Part shown: in pieces, positions 38,158 to 48,989 of the stretch
Layout: the number at the start of each line of letters is the position of its first letter
How positions within the stretch are numbered: the stretch's first letter is position 1
NCBI GenBank assembly: GCA_043812195.1
Contig: JBDRML010000016.1
Coordinates: 64,001 to 128,000, forward strand
DNA length: 64,000 nt
Source of the DNA: Candidatus Woesearchaeota archaeon
Lineage (GTDB): Archaea; Nanobdellota; Nanobdellia; SCGC-AAA011-G17; PNOQ01
Direction of reading: 5' to 3'
The notes under the pieces: generated by a model
Told to the model about the DNA's origin: nothing
What the model saw: only the letters and a program-made list of their open reading frames with translations
Database searches by the model: none
Made by a program: the position numbers and the translations under genes

Positions 38158-40968
38158 TTATTTAAATAAACTTTCAAAAGGAGATATAATCCACCCAACC
38201 ACAGAACCAGTTAAGCCCTTATCCTTCCCCTTAGCCTTTTCATTGGATTTTCCATTAGAATCCTTATTTTTATCTTTCTCTTCTTGTTTATTTTGTTTTT
38301 CTATTTGCCTAGCTTTCTTATTCTCTTTAGTCAATTCTGATATTTTTTGATTCTTTTCATATAAAGTGTTTATAGCTTCAAGTACAGAAAATTTAGACTC
38401 TTCTGAAACAGAGACATATACTAAATTTAAATCATAACCTCCTTGAAAAACATCCTCTTCTAATAATTCTTCAATTTCTTCAGTATCTTCTCCAGATAAA
38501 ACCGCATCTTCAACCATGATTTCAGTCTCCTCTATCTTATCTTGATATTCTATCAATAACTCTTCAACTTCTTCTTCTAATGTTTTTTCTTCATCTTCAA
38601 TTATTTCTTCTTCTAAAACAATCTCTCCTTGATCTTTCAAATAATCATCTTCAGAAATAAACAACTCTTGAAATATTTCTTCCTTAACTTCTTCTAAAAT
38701 TATCCTAGCTTCATCTAAACGTATTTCAGCAGCTTTCTGGGGTGCAGATTCTTTTAATCTTTCTACAGCTTCTTCTTTGTTTTCATCAGAAAATTCTATA
38801 GCATTCTTAATATTCCCTTTCATTAAGCCTGCAACCCTAGTATCCTTTTTCAGAGCTTCCCCCAGAATCTCTTTGTGAGCCAAACCAGACTCTGCAATTA
38901 ATTTGTCAGTTTCAGGCAAATATTCGTCTTCTTTTATTGCTGCTCTGACAACTTCCCGATTTTTTTGGAGATGGTATTCATAAGATTCTAATGCTAAATA
39001 AACATCTTTAGCCTCCCCATTTTCCAATAGCACAAACATTTCTGCTAATCTCTCATCAGCATATTTATTCAATTTTTCTATTTTTCTATTTTTATCAAAA
39101 GTTAGAGCGAGTGATATTTCTTCTTGAAGAACTTCAAAACCATAAAAAGGGGAATCAGGAGTCAATCCAGGATCAGGACATTTATTTAACCAACCTAAAG
39201 GCAATTTACTCTGTTTTTGCAAACCATAAGGAAAATCTCTTTTCATTAATCCTGGAGGTAACCAATTGCATGTTTCATTTGAAGGAGTTTCATTCACGCC
39301 ACCACATTCACCACAATCAGTTTTACAGTCACTACAGCTTTCATCTTCATTGCAAGTTCCATCTCCACAATAAGAAGTTTCATTAACAGGAGTCTTATTT
39401 CCTCCACAGATTCCACAATCTATTTCACAATCATAACAAGTTTCATCTTCATTGCAAGTTCCATCTCCACAATAAGCTCCTTGTACAACACACGCCCCAT
39501 CAACACATAAACCCCCATATTGATCGCACACAAAATATCCCCAATTTCTCAGTCCAGCAGTAGGTCCACACCAATTCTCAATCAACCTCCCTTTTGAATC
39601 GCAACTATCTGTATATTCTTTATATTCATTAGGCATTCCAGGAATATACTGATATGCATTAAGTGTTCCCTTTGCAAAAAGATTAAAACCAATCATATGC
39701 TCTTCATCCATATCGGTATCATTGCATTCTGGGTAATATGGTTGAAATGATTTTGTCTCAGATTGATGGACTTGACCATTAGAATATCCTTTAACGTAAT
39801 AAGAATAAACACTATTAACATCGCTCGCTTCCCCATCGCCATATGAAACACCTACAGTTTCCTGTTTATTTGAGTACAATAAATGGAAATCACCACCATC
39901 AATACTTTTGTATAACTCAAAAAAAGCTGGTCGGGAATCATCATAAGCAAATCCTATTGCAAGGTAAACACTATTTTCTTTTGAATTTGCTACTTGTTGA
40001 ACATTCAAAACAAGATTAGAAGATTCATTAACAGGAGTTTCATTAATACCCACTCCAAAATTAACACACTCCCCATAAGAACATCCACTATAACCATTCT
40101 CTACGCAATCGATTAATTTATATTTAGGGTAATCTCCAACACAATATAATTCCTTTAATACACTAGGATCAGTTTTAGAACATCCATCATAATACGTATA
40201 TAGGGTGTTTCCATAAACTCCTCCAACACTCCCAAAAGTCCCGTAATCCAAACCACCATCGTGATCTCCACAACTATATTGGCCATTAGCACAAGTAAAG
40301 TATTTCGCACAATCTTCAGGACAACCAGAACAAGTTTCTTCAAAAGGATTACAAATCCCATCGCCACAAGAAGGCTCCGGTATAACGCATGCTCCATCAA
40401 AACAAACAGCACCATAACGATCACAACCAATATGTATAGTTTGTGAAACTGAAAAACCAGAAGGTCGACACCATTTTTCCATCAAAGTTACCTCTGAATC
40501 ACACATTTCAAAAGTTCCTTTTACAAAAATATTAAATCCAAGCAAATGTTCATCATCTTTATCCTCATCATTACAATAAGGATAAGAAGGTTGAATTGAT
40601 TTTGTCTCAGATTGATAGACTTGGCCATTAGAATATCCTTTAACATAATAAGAATAAACAGTATTAACATCGCTTGCCCTACTATCTGCCCATGAATTCG
40701 AATACAATGCAGTATTACCAGAAATTTTCAATTCAAAATCTCCACCATTAACACTCTTATAAACTTCAGTATATGCTATTCTATGATCATTAAAGCCCCA
40801 GCCAACAGAGGTATAAAGTTCATTATCTAAATAATCTGCATACAGCTTAAGGTTAAGGTATAAACTTCCATCAGTTATAGGAGTATCATTAACCCCAGCA
40901 CTCACAGTTCCAGAAATCAATAGAAAAAACACAATAGAAAAAACAGAAATAAACATTAATTTATTCAT
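38158..40968 (-). CDS. Secreted Cys-rich protein with a DUF5667-like domain and acidic helical tail
   Basis: CGDG.C repeats, C.D.D.G modules, PGLTPDSPFY..YADERLAE; internal duplication 39748-39826 vs 40597-40675. Confidence 0.7.
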   Translation of the reverse strand: MNKLMFISVFSIVFFLLISGTVSAGVNDTPITDGSLYLNLKLYADYLDNELYTSVGWGFNDHRIAYTEVYKSVNGGDFELKISGNTALYSNSWADSRASDVNTVYSYYVKGYSNGQVYQSETKSIQPSYPYCNDEDKDDEHLLGFNIFVKGTFEMCDSEVTLMEKWCRPSGFSVSQTIHIGCDRYGAVCFDGACVIPEPSCGDGICNPFEETCSGCPEDCAKYFTCANGQYSCGDHDGGLDYGTFGSVGGVYGNTLYTYYDGCSKTDPSVLKELYCVGDYPKYKLIDCVENGYSGCSYGECVNFGVGINETPVNESSNLVLNVQQVANSKENSVYLAIGFAYDDSRPAFFELYKSIDGGDFHLLYSNKQETVGVSYGDGEASDVNSVYSYYVKGYSNGQVHQSETKSFQPYYPECNDTDMDEEHMIGFNLFAKGTLNAYQYIPGMPNEYKEYTDSCDSKGRLIENWCGPTAGLRNWGYFVCDQYGGLCVDGACVVQGAYCGDGTCNEDETCYDCEIDCGICGGNKTPVNETSYCGDGTCNEDESCSDCKTDCGECGGVNETPSNETCNWLPPGLMKRDFPYGLQKQSKLPLGWLNKCPDPGLTPDSPFYGFEVLQEEISLALTFDKNRKIEKLNKYADERLAEMFVLLENGEAKDVYLALESYEYHLQKNREVVRAAIKEDEYLPETDKLIAESGLAHKEILGEALKKDTRVAGLMKGNIKNAIEFSDENKEEAVERLKESAPQKAAEIRLDEARIILEEVKEEIFQELFISEDDYLKDQGEIVLEEEIIEDEEKTLEEEVEELLIEYQDKIEETEIMVEDAVLSGEDTEEIEELLEEDVFQGGYDLNLVYVSVSEESKFSVLEAINTLYEKNQKISELTKENKKARQIEKQNKQEEKDKNKDSNGKSNEKAKGKDKGLTGSVVGWIISPFESLFK

Positions 40969-41072
40969 TTACTTAAAATCACCTCAAATATTTTAATAAT
41001 ATATTAGATATTTAATACTTTCTGAAATAATAAAAAAGTAAGTTATATAAAATTCCTAAAAAGTATTAATTC

Positions 41073-41648
41073 ATGCTTAAACTACCAATAAAAGTAAAAA
41101 ACATAGAATTCTTTGATAAAGGAAAAAGATCTTTAATATACACAGGAACATACAAAAATAGTAAAGTAGCAATTAAAGTAAAGAATCCAACTTCTAAAGC
41201 TATAAATAGAATAGAAAACGAATCCAAATATCTAAAGATTTTAAACAAATACAAAATAGGTCCTAAACTAATAAAATCAAATAAAAAATGCATAATCTAT
41301 GAATTTATAGAAGGAAAACAATACATAGAAATAATCAAAGCAAACAATAAAACAAAAGTAAAACAAATATCAAAAAAAATATTAAATAAATGCAGACAAA
41401 TAGATAAACTAAAAATAAACAAATTAGAATTCATAAGACCAACAAAACACATTTTCATTAAAAATAATAAAGTTAAAATAATAGATTTTGAAAGATGTTA
41501 TAAAACAGACAAACCAAAAAATGTCACACAATTCTGCCAATTTCTTCTAAACAATAAAATTTTGCCAAAATCTTCAATTAAAATCATAAAAGAATACAAA
41601 AATAATCAAACAGAGAAAAACTTCAAAAAAATTCTAAATGAAATTTAA
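41073..41648 (+). CDS. Atypical Ser/Thr kinase-like protein (RIO/Bud32-like)
   Basis: KGKRSLIY, VAIK, NE..YL, IIDFER; no HxD catalytic loop. Confidence 0.7.
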   Translation: MLKLPIKVKNIEFFDKGKRSLIYTGTYKNSKVAIKVKNPTSKAINRIENESKYLKILNKYKIGPKLIKSNKKCIIYEFIEGKQYIEIIKANNKTKVKQISKKILNKCRQIDKLKINKLEFIRPTKHIFIKNNKVKIIDFERCYKTDKPKNVTQFCQFLLNNKILPKSSIKIIKEYKNNQTEKNFKKILNEI

Positions 41649-42235
41649 ACAATTTTATTCTTATTGACCTTAGCAACATCTAATAATTTCTTATCTGCTT
41701 GTTTAAACAATTTTAAATAAATTTTTTTAAAATAATTATTAGAAACATGAGTTTTCAAATCCACATCTTTAAAACAAATCTCAGAAAAACCACCACTTAC
41801 AGTAATGGAATATTTTTTCCCCCTATATATTTTTTCAATACTCTCTCTAATTCTTTCTCCAACTTCTAAAGCATCTGCTAATCTAGCAAACTGCAAAACT
41901 ACAACAAACTCATCACCACCCCATCTAGATAAAACATCACCCAATCTAGTATTTTTTTCTAAAACTTTAGCAAATTCAATTAAAACTTTATCACCTTCTT
42001 TATGTCCTTTTTTATCATTAAATTGCTTAAATCCATCCAAATCAAAAATACCCAAACATAAACAACTTTTAGCTCTTCTAGCCATACTTATAGCAGAAAT
42101 AACTTCATGTTCAAATCCAGTTTTATTTGATAAACCAGTTAATGAATCTCTAAAAGAAATTACTTTAAGTTTTTTAACCTCTCTTTTTAAATTTCTATTT
42201 TCAGATTTTAAATTTTTAATTAAATTCTCAGACAT
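41645..42235 (-). CDS. GGDEF-domain diguanylate cyclase
   Basis: DSLTGL.N, DLDGFK.FND..GH..GD.VL, RLGD I-site, RWGGDEF; N-terminal coiled coil. Confidence 0.9.
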   Translation of the reverse strand: MSENLIKNLKSENRNLKREVKKLKVISFRDSLTGLSNKTGFEHEVISAISMARRAKSCLCLGIFDLDGFKQFNDKKGHKEGDKVLIEFAKVLEKNTRLGDVLSRWGGDEFVVVLQFARLADALEVGERIRESIEKIYRGKKYSITVSGGFSEICFKDVDLKTHVSNNYFKKIYLKLFKQADKKLLDVAKVNKNKIV

Positions 42236-42280
42236 TACAAAAATTAATAAAAAAACATACTTATAAATCTTACCAAAATA

Positions 42281-43204
42281 TCATTTCTTTTTTAATTTAT
42301 AAAAACGGGCATCATCATCTTTCTTTAAAAAAGTCATTTTATTAAATGGAATATTATGTCTATTTCTAATTATTAACCATATACTAACAGCAACAACAAT
42401 CAATACTCCAACGCCTACAGCATACGGAATTATACCCTCAATAAACAATTTACCAAATGGAAATTCTGGTTCTCCATTATCTCCATCAACAATTACACAT
42501 CCAGCATCTTCATCGCTACATATATACCCTTCTTCACAATTAATATTACTAGACCATTCTAAACAATTATCATTATCATAATGTCCACATTCCCTATAAC
42601 TAATATTAGTCAAACAACTAAAATCAGCAGCAGCACAATCATTACTACAATTACCGCCTAAAACATTACTTACATCTGTTTCATTATTATCATTAGCATT
42701 TAAACAACCAGGATCTAAAGGATAATCAATTAAGCCATCATTATCATTATCATCGTTATCATCACACTCAGAATCTGCTCCGGGAGGACCAGGAGGATCA
42801 AGACAAGTCCCACAATCAGCTACACAACTACTACAAGTCTCACCACCATTACATTCACCATCTCCACAATAAGCATCTACACATTCACTAATTAAATCAA
42901 GATTAGTTAAACCAAAAGACTCAAAAATAGAAGAACCAACTATTTCTCCTCCAATATAAAATCCAATTTCATCTTCAACATTATTAATATCTCCTTGAAT
43001 AATAATATGATAACCTCCACTAACAACCACAATATTAGAATAATCAGAACCGTCTAATTTAATTAATAAACTAGTCCCATCAGCAATAGGATCATCATTA
43101 TCACATTCAACATCACCATAAAACTCATGATAAAGAGGAGGTTGAGCAAATACTATCCCAGCTAACAAAAACACTGCAAATATCCATATTATTATATTTT
43201 TCAT
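42281..43204 (-). CDS. Cys-rich membrane-anchored surface protein
   Basis: Signal peptide, CGDG.C, C.D..DND.DG..D, C-terminal TM. Confidence 0.7.
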   Translation of the reverse strand: MKNIIIWIFAVFLLAGIVFAQPPLYHEFYGDVECDNDDPIADGTSLLIKLDGSDYSNIVVVSGGYHIIIQGDINNVEDEIGFYIGGEIVGSSIFESFGLTNLDLISECVDAYCGDGECNGGETCSSCVADCGTCLDPPGPPGADSECDDNDDNDNDGLIDYPLDPGCLNANDNNETDVSNVLGGNCSNDCAAADFSCLTNISYRECGHYDNDNCLEWSSNINCEEGYICSDEDAGCVIVDGDNGEPEFPFGKLFIEGIIPYAVGVGVLIVVAVSIWLIIRNRHNIPFNKMTFLKKDDDARFYKLKKK

Positions 43205-46200
43205 AGTCTTGAAAATAATACCTCTTTAATTATTTGCCATATTCTTTGGAATAAACTTATTTCTGGTGCAAACCTAAATGATTCAGAAGCTTCTATCCAA
43301 TATAAATTACCTGGTTCAAAGTTATCAACATACGGATCCAATTCAACATAATTGTCAGCACCATCCCAACCCCATACAGAAATTACATATCCAATATTGC
43401 TTCCTAAATAATCAGATATCAAAACAGGAGCTTCTTCACTTATTCCAACTAAATTCCAACCCACATTTAAGTCTATTGTTTCAATAATTGTATTTCCTTC
43501 TAAAGTTATACTATCGATATTTTTCATTATTATTATATAGGCCTTTTTAGTTTCAATTATATTTAATGTATTAAATTGGAATTTGTCAGGATCTGTATGA
43601 TAAACCTTCCAACCATTATCATAAGTATAAATAGAATCAAGAGTATCACGGCTTATTAATTCTGAAAACACAGATTCTACAGACATATCATCCAATAATA
43701 AAGATATTGAAATAAAGTTTTGTCCAGGTTCAAAATTATAAACATAAAAGCATGTACATTCAGAATCATCACAATCCACATATCCATCACCATCATTATC
43801 ATAATTATCACTACATGTGTCTACGCAATCAAATTGATTGTCAACACAAATACTTAAACTACTTCCCTCACTTCCCTGTTCCGGAGGAGCATTCTCAGCT
43901 AAGTCACAAGAATCAATTCCTGTTATTGCCCAGTCACAACTTCCAAATCCATCACAATATCCCTGACTTGGCAATTTATAATCAAGAACATTATAAGCAC
44001 CATTTCCTCCACCAGTATTAGAACATAAATAAGTATTATCACATATTACATCTGTTCCCATATAAGAAACTAAATTACAATCTTCATTAGCATCTGCACA
44101 CTCATCAATTCCTTTACAATATTGAACATCCTCATAATCACTACATGTATTATCTAAAGGATCACAATCATAAAGAGAACAATCTAAATCTTGTGTTTCA
44201 TCATAAAGAGGATTAGGATTATTATTATTTTCACAAATGCAGCAGGTTCCACAATCTCCTCCATTCATACTACAATCTCCCCATAATCCATTAGCTAAAC
44301 ACGTTTGAGTTCCTAAACATACATCACTTCCACAAGCTTGTGTATCTCCAGGATTACATGCAAAACAATCAGGATCATTTCCATCAAATAATCCATCACA
44401 ATCATCATCTAAACTATTAGAACAACTACTTTCAATTCCACCACAATCTGAATCTATTTCATCCTCACAACCATCACCATCATTATCATAATTATCACTA
44501 CATGTGTCTACGCAATCAAATTGATTATCAACACAAATACCTAAACTACTTCCTTCACTTCCCTGTTGCAGAGGAGCATTTTCAGCTAAGTCACAAGAAT
44601 CAACTCCTGTTATAGCCCAATCACAACTTCCAAATCCATCACAATATCCCTGACTTGGCAATTTATAATCAAGAACATTATACGAATTATCACCTCCCCC
44701 TGTATTAGAACATAAATAAATATTATCACAAAGCATTCCTACTAATTTAAATTCATCAAGAGGGCAGTCAACACTACTACCTGTACAATATTCAGCTAAG
44801 TCACAAATTCCATTAGCTACCCTGCATTCAAATGTATCTGGTCTAAATAAATCAGAAGGACAGTCAACATTTACACCGTCACAATATTCGACTAAATCAC
44901 AATCTCCTGCAATAGCCCTACATTCTGTAGTTGGAAGCATAATTTGTTGGTCACATTCATTATTGCCTAAATTACAAGTTGCACTAGCACAATCTCCAAC
45001 TAAACTACTACAATCATTATCTACTTGACAACATAAAACACCACCCACTCCATTTTGTCCAGCACAATCTGTATCAAAACAATCCACATCTCCATCTCCA
45101 TCATCATCATCACCGTTATCACAGATTTCACCAAAAGACATAGATTTTACAAAACTTAATACTCCTTGATCAGAAGCAACATACATGCTTCCACCACTAT
45201 TTATACTAACAAGATTTCCATTAACATAAACATCATATAGCTCATTAGGAATAAGATCAACAATAAGAAAATCAACCGTTCCACCAGCGTTAACAAAAAA
45301 TTGTGTTGAAGAAATCTGTTCGCCGCCCTTACTAAACATCACCACATTTTTACTTTTTAATAATGCACCAGACATCTTATTATCATTAGAATTAATAAGC
45401 ACAGAATCAACCATAACAGTTTGTCCATTATCGGTTGCCCAAAAAACTTCCAAAAAATAATCTTCATTACCTTGATTCTTATTTTTAATTTCTATACGCC
45501 AATCACCTGCAGGTGTAACTGGATAATATTGAGGATTATTCCTAGTTTGACGTTTTTGTTCTGTATAGGCAGTTGAATGATAACCTTCTTCCTCAGGAAA
45601 TACCAAGCTTGGAGGATTATTATTTCCTTGATACCACCATTCATAAGAATCTCCAAGAGCATCATAACCAACAGGATCAAAATCAAATCTAGATTGGACA
45701 AACTCATTATCATTAACATTAGCACCTCCAATTTTATGTATTAAAACATCATTTAGTACAGGAAGTAATGTTTTACCAAATAATTTTGAATTTCCTCTTT
45801 CTACTGAAAATAAGGTTGAATCATCTGATTCAAAGACTCCACCATAACTAGTTCCTTCTATTATGTTTTCACTACCATCAAGAACCGGTTCTTCTACCAT
45901 ATGCCAAACAGTAGTTTTATTAAATTGCGGATCTGCTTTTACTCTATCAAAAACAACAAACAAATCTGGTCTAAGATACACAAATTGTCGTGTCCATTCT
46001 TCAACCTTTCCGGGTCTAAATGCATAAGAAGCATTAGATCCTTTTAAATAAACATACTCATCAGAATCCTCAAACTCAGATATTTCTCCTGCATAAGAGG
46101 CTGGTTCTCCACCAGCAGCAACAAATGGAAATTTCTCGGCACCAACCACCAAATCACCGCAACACTCTCCGCCATCATTATCAAAAGGCATAGAATATTC

Positions 46201-47847
46201 TGTTCCTCCAATATTTAAAACATAATCACCAAAATCCTCATTTGGATCATAAACAAGTAAACTATTATGTGCCACTGAACGAATATACCAATTCTTCATA
46301 AAATACAAATAATCAGCACACATAAAATTAGCACCCTTTATAAGAAGCGAATCATCTCCTCTTGAAATAACAAAGTGATTACGTGCACCGTGTATCCAAT
46401 CCAACCATGGATATGCTTTATGTCCATCAAAAAACATTCCGTGAACAGAAGAATCATAAGTAGGGCTATCTCCTGATATATTCCAATCACTTCTAAAATA
46501 AACAGAATCCATGCCTGTAAAATACTTTGACCTTGGTAAATTTATATAATCTCCAACAGGAACTGCATCATCATAATACATAAAAAATTGAGCGTAGCAT
46601 ATCTCTGTCTTACATCTTTCTTTATAGTACTCAGCTACTTTTTTAAGAATTGGATCTTGATAAGCATATGAATGAATAGGAGCTACATATTTCATATCCA
46701 TATAAGGAATATTATATTTACCAACATAATCTCCATATTTCCTATCTGATCTCATTCTATACAACCAAAAATAAGCGCTATTCTGTAAAAAAGAAGATTG
46801 ATCCCATATATCTAATTCTGTATCTGTAAAACCTGATTGAAAAGTCAATGCAGCAATATAAAAATTTTCAGACTTACTAGAATAACCCCACATTTCTCCA
46901 GTAGTGTACAGTTCATCATAAGCTGGAATTTTAATATCTTTAATATATTTAATAGTATCATTTACAGCCAAATAAGAAAGAGTATCATTAATATCTTCAT
47001 CATATATAGCTAAGTAAGGAGCCAGATAGTCTATATAAAATAAGCTATAAGCTGAATTAAACCATGCTCTTGGATATGATTCATTATTATAGTAATAATC
47101 CACTTTATCAATTATATACTGTTCATAAATTGGTTTCTCTTCTGGAGTTAATTCATCATAAAACCAATCATAATACAATACAATAAGATCATATTCCATT
47201 ATAAAACCATTATTTGCAGAAATACCAGTAGTTATATTATACATAGCTTCATGTGCCCAATCACAAAGTTCAACATCTTGACTAAATAAACATGCAGGCA
47301 CTGCCATTTTTTGTGCATATCCATCACTCCTTCCACCAATACCCATATATCCTCTTGAAACAGACATCATTTTATTAAATTGTTCACTTAAAACACCAAA
47401 ACTATTACAATATCCTTCATATCCTAAAGTTCCAACCTTACATCTAATATTATTAACTAACTCAGGTGTAAGCAAAATTCTTGGATGCCCTGGACGCACA
47501 TGAAAAGGACATTCATTTCCGCAAATCACACCACAATCAATACCTTCTTCACCATCATCCATAATACCATTATCACATAAAGCAGTAATGGGTCCACCGC
47601 CATCACTTTCACCTTCAGCTGGAGAAAATAAAGGTTTAAAGAAAGGTGCCTCTTTACCAATAAGCAAACTTGGTCTAGGATTATCTTCCTTAACATCTAT
47701 TAATTTAGAAAGAGTAATTCCCTTTAAATCCGGAACTATACTGATTAAAACAAAAATTGTTAATAAAGAAATAAATAAAATACCTATAACTATTCTATTC
47801 CTATTAATAATAGGTTTCCTCTTTTTTGAACTCATTACGATTATCAA
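43201..47847 (-). CDS. Heparinase II/III-like polysaccharide lyase with disintegrin-like and Ca-binding Cys-rich repeats
   Basis: HPRILL, FRSDW, HF.I.RG..L, AHNSLLV, FVVFDRV; CR...G.CDL.EYC.G...CP twice; GWNL tail repeats. Confidence 0.75.
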   Translation of the reverse strand: MIIVMSSKKRKPIINRNRIVIGILFISLLTIFVLISIVPDLKGITLSKLIDVKEDNPRPSLLIGKEAPFFKPLFSPAEGESDGGGPITALCDNGIMDDGEEGIDCGVICGNECPFHVRPGHPRILLTPELVNNIRCKVGTLGYEGYCNSFGVLSEQFNKMMSVSRGYMGIGGRSDGYAQKMAVPACLFSQDVELCDWAHEAMYNITTGISANNGFIMEYDLIVLYYDWFYDELTPEEKPIYEQYIIDKVDYYYNNESYPRAWFNSAYSLFYIDYLAPYLAIYDEDINDTLSYLAVNDTIKYIKDIKIPAYDELYTTGEMWGYSSKSENFYIAALTFQSGFTDTELDIWDQSSFLQNSAYFWLYRMRSDRKYGDYVGKYNIPYMDMKYVAPIHSYAYQDPILKKVAEYYKERCKTEICYAQFFMYYDDAVPVGDYINLPRSKYFTGMDSVYFRSDWNISGDSPTYDSSVHGMFFDGHKAYPWLDWIHGARNHFVISRGDDSLLIKGANFMCADYLYFMKNWYIRSVAHNSLLVYDPNEDFGDYVLNIGGTEYSMPFDNDGGECCGDLVVGAEKFPFVAAGGEPASYAGEISEFEDSDEYVYLKGSNASYAFRPGKVEEWTRQFVYLRPDLFVVFDRVKADPQFNKTTVWHMVEEPVLDGSENIIEGTSYGGVFESDDSTLFSVERGNSKLFGKTLLPVLNDVLIHKIGGANVNDNEFVQSRFDFDPVGYDALGDSYEWWYQGNNNPPSLVFPEEEGYHSTAYTEQKRQTRNNPQYYPVTPAGDWRIEIKNKNQGNEDYFLEVFWATDNGQTVMVDSVLINSNDNKMSGALLKSKNVVMFSKGGEQISSTQFFVNAGGTVDFLIVDLIPNELYDVYVNGNLVSINSGGSMYVASDQGVLSFVKSMSFGEICDNGDDDDGDGDVDCFDTDCAGQNGVGGVLCCQVDNDCSSLVGDCASATCNLGNNECDQQIMLPTTECRAIAGDCDLVEYCDGVNVDCPSDLFRPDTFECRVANGICDLAEYCTGSSVDCPLDEFKLVGMLCDNIYLCSNTGGGDNSYNVLDYKLPSQGYCDGFGSCDWAITGVDSCDLAENAPLQQGSEGSSLGICVDNQFDCVDTCSDNYDNDGDGCEDEIDSDCGGIESSCSNSLDDDCDGLFDGNDPDCFACNPGDTQACGSDVCLGTQTCLANGLWGDCSMNGGDCGTCCICENNNNPNPLYDETQDLDCSLYDCDPLDNTCSDYEDVQYCKGIDECADANEDCNLVSYMGTDVICDNTYLCSNTGGGNGAYNVLDYKLPSQGYCDGFGSCDWAITGIDSCDLAENAPPEQGSEGSSLSICVDNQFDCVDTCSDNYDNDGDGYVDCDDSECTCFYVYNFEPGQNFISISLLLDDMSVESVFSELISRDTLDSIYTYDNGWKVYHTDPDKFQFNTLNIIETKKAYIIIMKNIDSITLEGNTIIETIDLNVGWNLVGISEEAPVLISDYLGSNIGYVISVWGWDGADNYVELDPYVDNFEPGNLYWIEASESFRFAPEISLFQRIWQIIKEVLFSRL
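43784..44730. repeat. ~260-bp intragenic duplication (43784-44043 vs 44471-44730)
   Basis: Near-identical nucleotide blocks encoding CDN.YLCSNTGGG...CSDNYDNDGDG. Confidence 0.85.
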
Positions 47848-47870
47848 ACTATTTTAGTATTTAAAGATTA

Positions 47871-48989
47871 CTAATAATCTCGTTCTAATACATAAATTTC
47901 CCTATCAATAATACTTTTATCTTTTTTATACATAATAGGCAATTTAATATTGTCACAAAGCTTAACTATTTTAAATCCAGTTTTCCTAAAAAGCTCATCA
48001 AAATCAATCTTAACTCTTCCACTTTTTGTTTTAAACATAGGAAAAATAATAGCAACTTTTCCATTTTTTTTCAAAACATCTTTCAAGGAATTAAAAAACT
48101 TAGAATAAAGTTCATTTAAATTTGAAATAATTTTCAAAGCTTCTTCACGTGTAGGTATTTTTTTTAAATAAGGTCCTAAAAAAGGCTCACTAACAACACA
48201 ATCTATAGAATTTTTTTTAAATATCTTATTTATATTAACAACATCATTATTATAAATCTTAAATCTTTTATTAATTTTATATTTATCAACTGTAAACTTA
48301 ATATTTTTCAAAGCACTCTTAGAAGTATCTTTTTCTAATTCAACCCCAAAAACATTAATATTCATCAACAAAGCTTCTTGTAAAATAATTCCCATTCCAC
48401 AAAAAGGATCTAACAAAATACTATTTTCTTTAGCCTGTGACAAATTGATTAAAATCTTAGCTAACCTAATAGAAATGCTCTTAACAAAATCATTGTATGG
48501 TCTCTCATCATCCCTTTTTTTATATTCAGAAGGATTAGAAACAGCTACAGTCTTAGAAACACAATTATCAAACAAAATAAACTCTAAAATATTTTTATTC
48601 ATATCTCTAGGATCAAAACTTAATTTTTCTTTCTTTTTTCTATTTGCTTTGATTTTATTTTCTTTAAACCATTTTTTTAAATAATCTTCAAATTTTTCAA
48701 ATAATTTAGATTTACCATAAACACCTATACAATAATTTAATTTATTCTTAGTTCCATCATAGACATTTATATCATCAAAATTTTCTTCAGAAACTACTAG
48801 CCCGATTTTTATAATTCCTCCCAATCTAGAGATAGCCTTGCTATAATCAAATTTATCTAAACTAAAAACTGCAATTTCATCATTACATTTTTTCAATTCA
48901 TAATTAATATTATTTACTTTAAAATAACTTATCAATTCCAAAAAAGACAATTCAGGATCTCTTCCTAAAACAAACACATAGTCCTTCAT
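47871..48989 (-). CDS. Trm11-like tRNA m2G10 methyltransferase
   Basis: LAKILINL..LLDPFCGMG.IL.EA, VSEPFLG; likely start ATG 48989 (ATGA overlap). Confidence 0.8.
   Translation of the reverse strand: MKDYVFVLGRDPELSFLELISYFKVNNINYELKKCNDEIAVFSLDKFDYSKAISRLGGIIKIGLVVSEENFDDINVYDGTKNKLNYCIGVYGKSKLFEKFEDYLKKWFKENKIKANRKKKEKLSFDPRDMNKNILEFILFDNCVSKTVAVSNPSEYKKRDDERPYNDFVKSISIRLAKILINLSQAKENSILLDPFCGMGIILQEALLMNINVFGVELEKDTSKSALKNIKFTVDKYKINKRFKIYNNDVVNINKIFKKNSIDCVVSEPFLGPYLKKIPTREEALKIISNLNELYSKFFNSLKDVLKKNGKVAIIFPMFKTKSGRVKIDFDELFRKTGFKIVKLCDNIKLPIMYKKDKSIIDREIYVLERDY

Noticed and set aside
39748-44730. Intragenic repeats as DGR targets
   Set aside because: Both copies of each pair are coding and the differences are not A-specific; these are ordinary domain duplications
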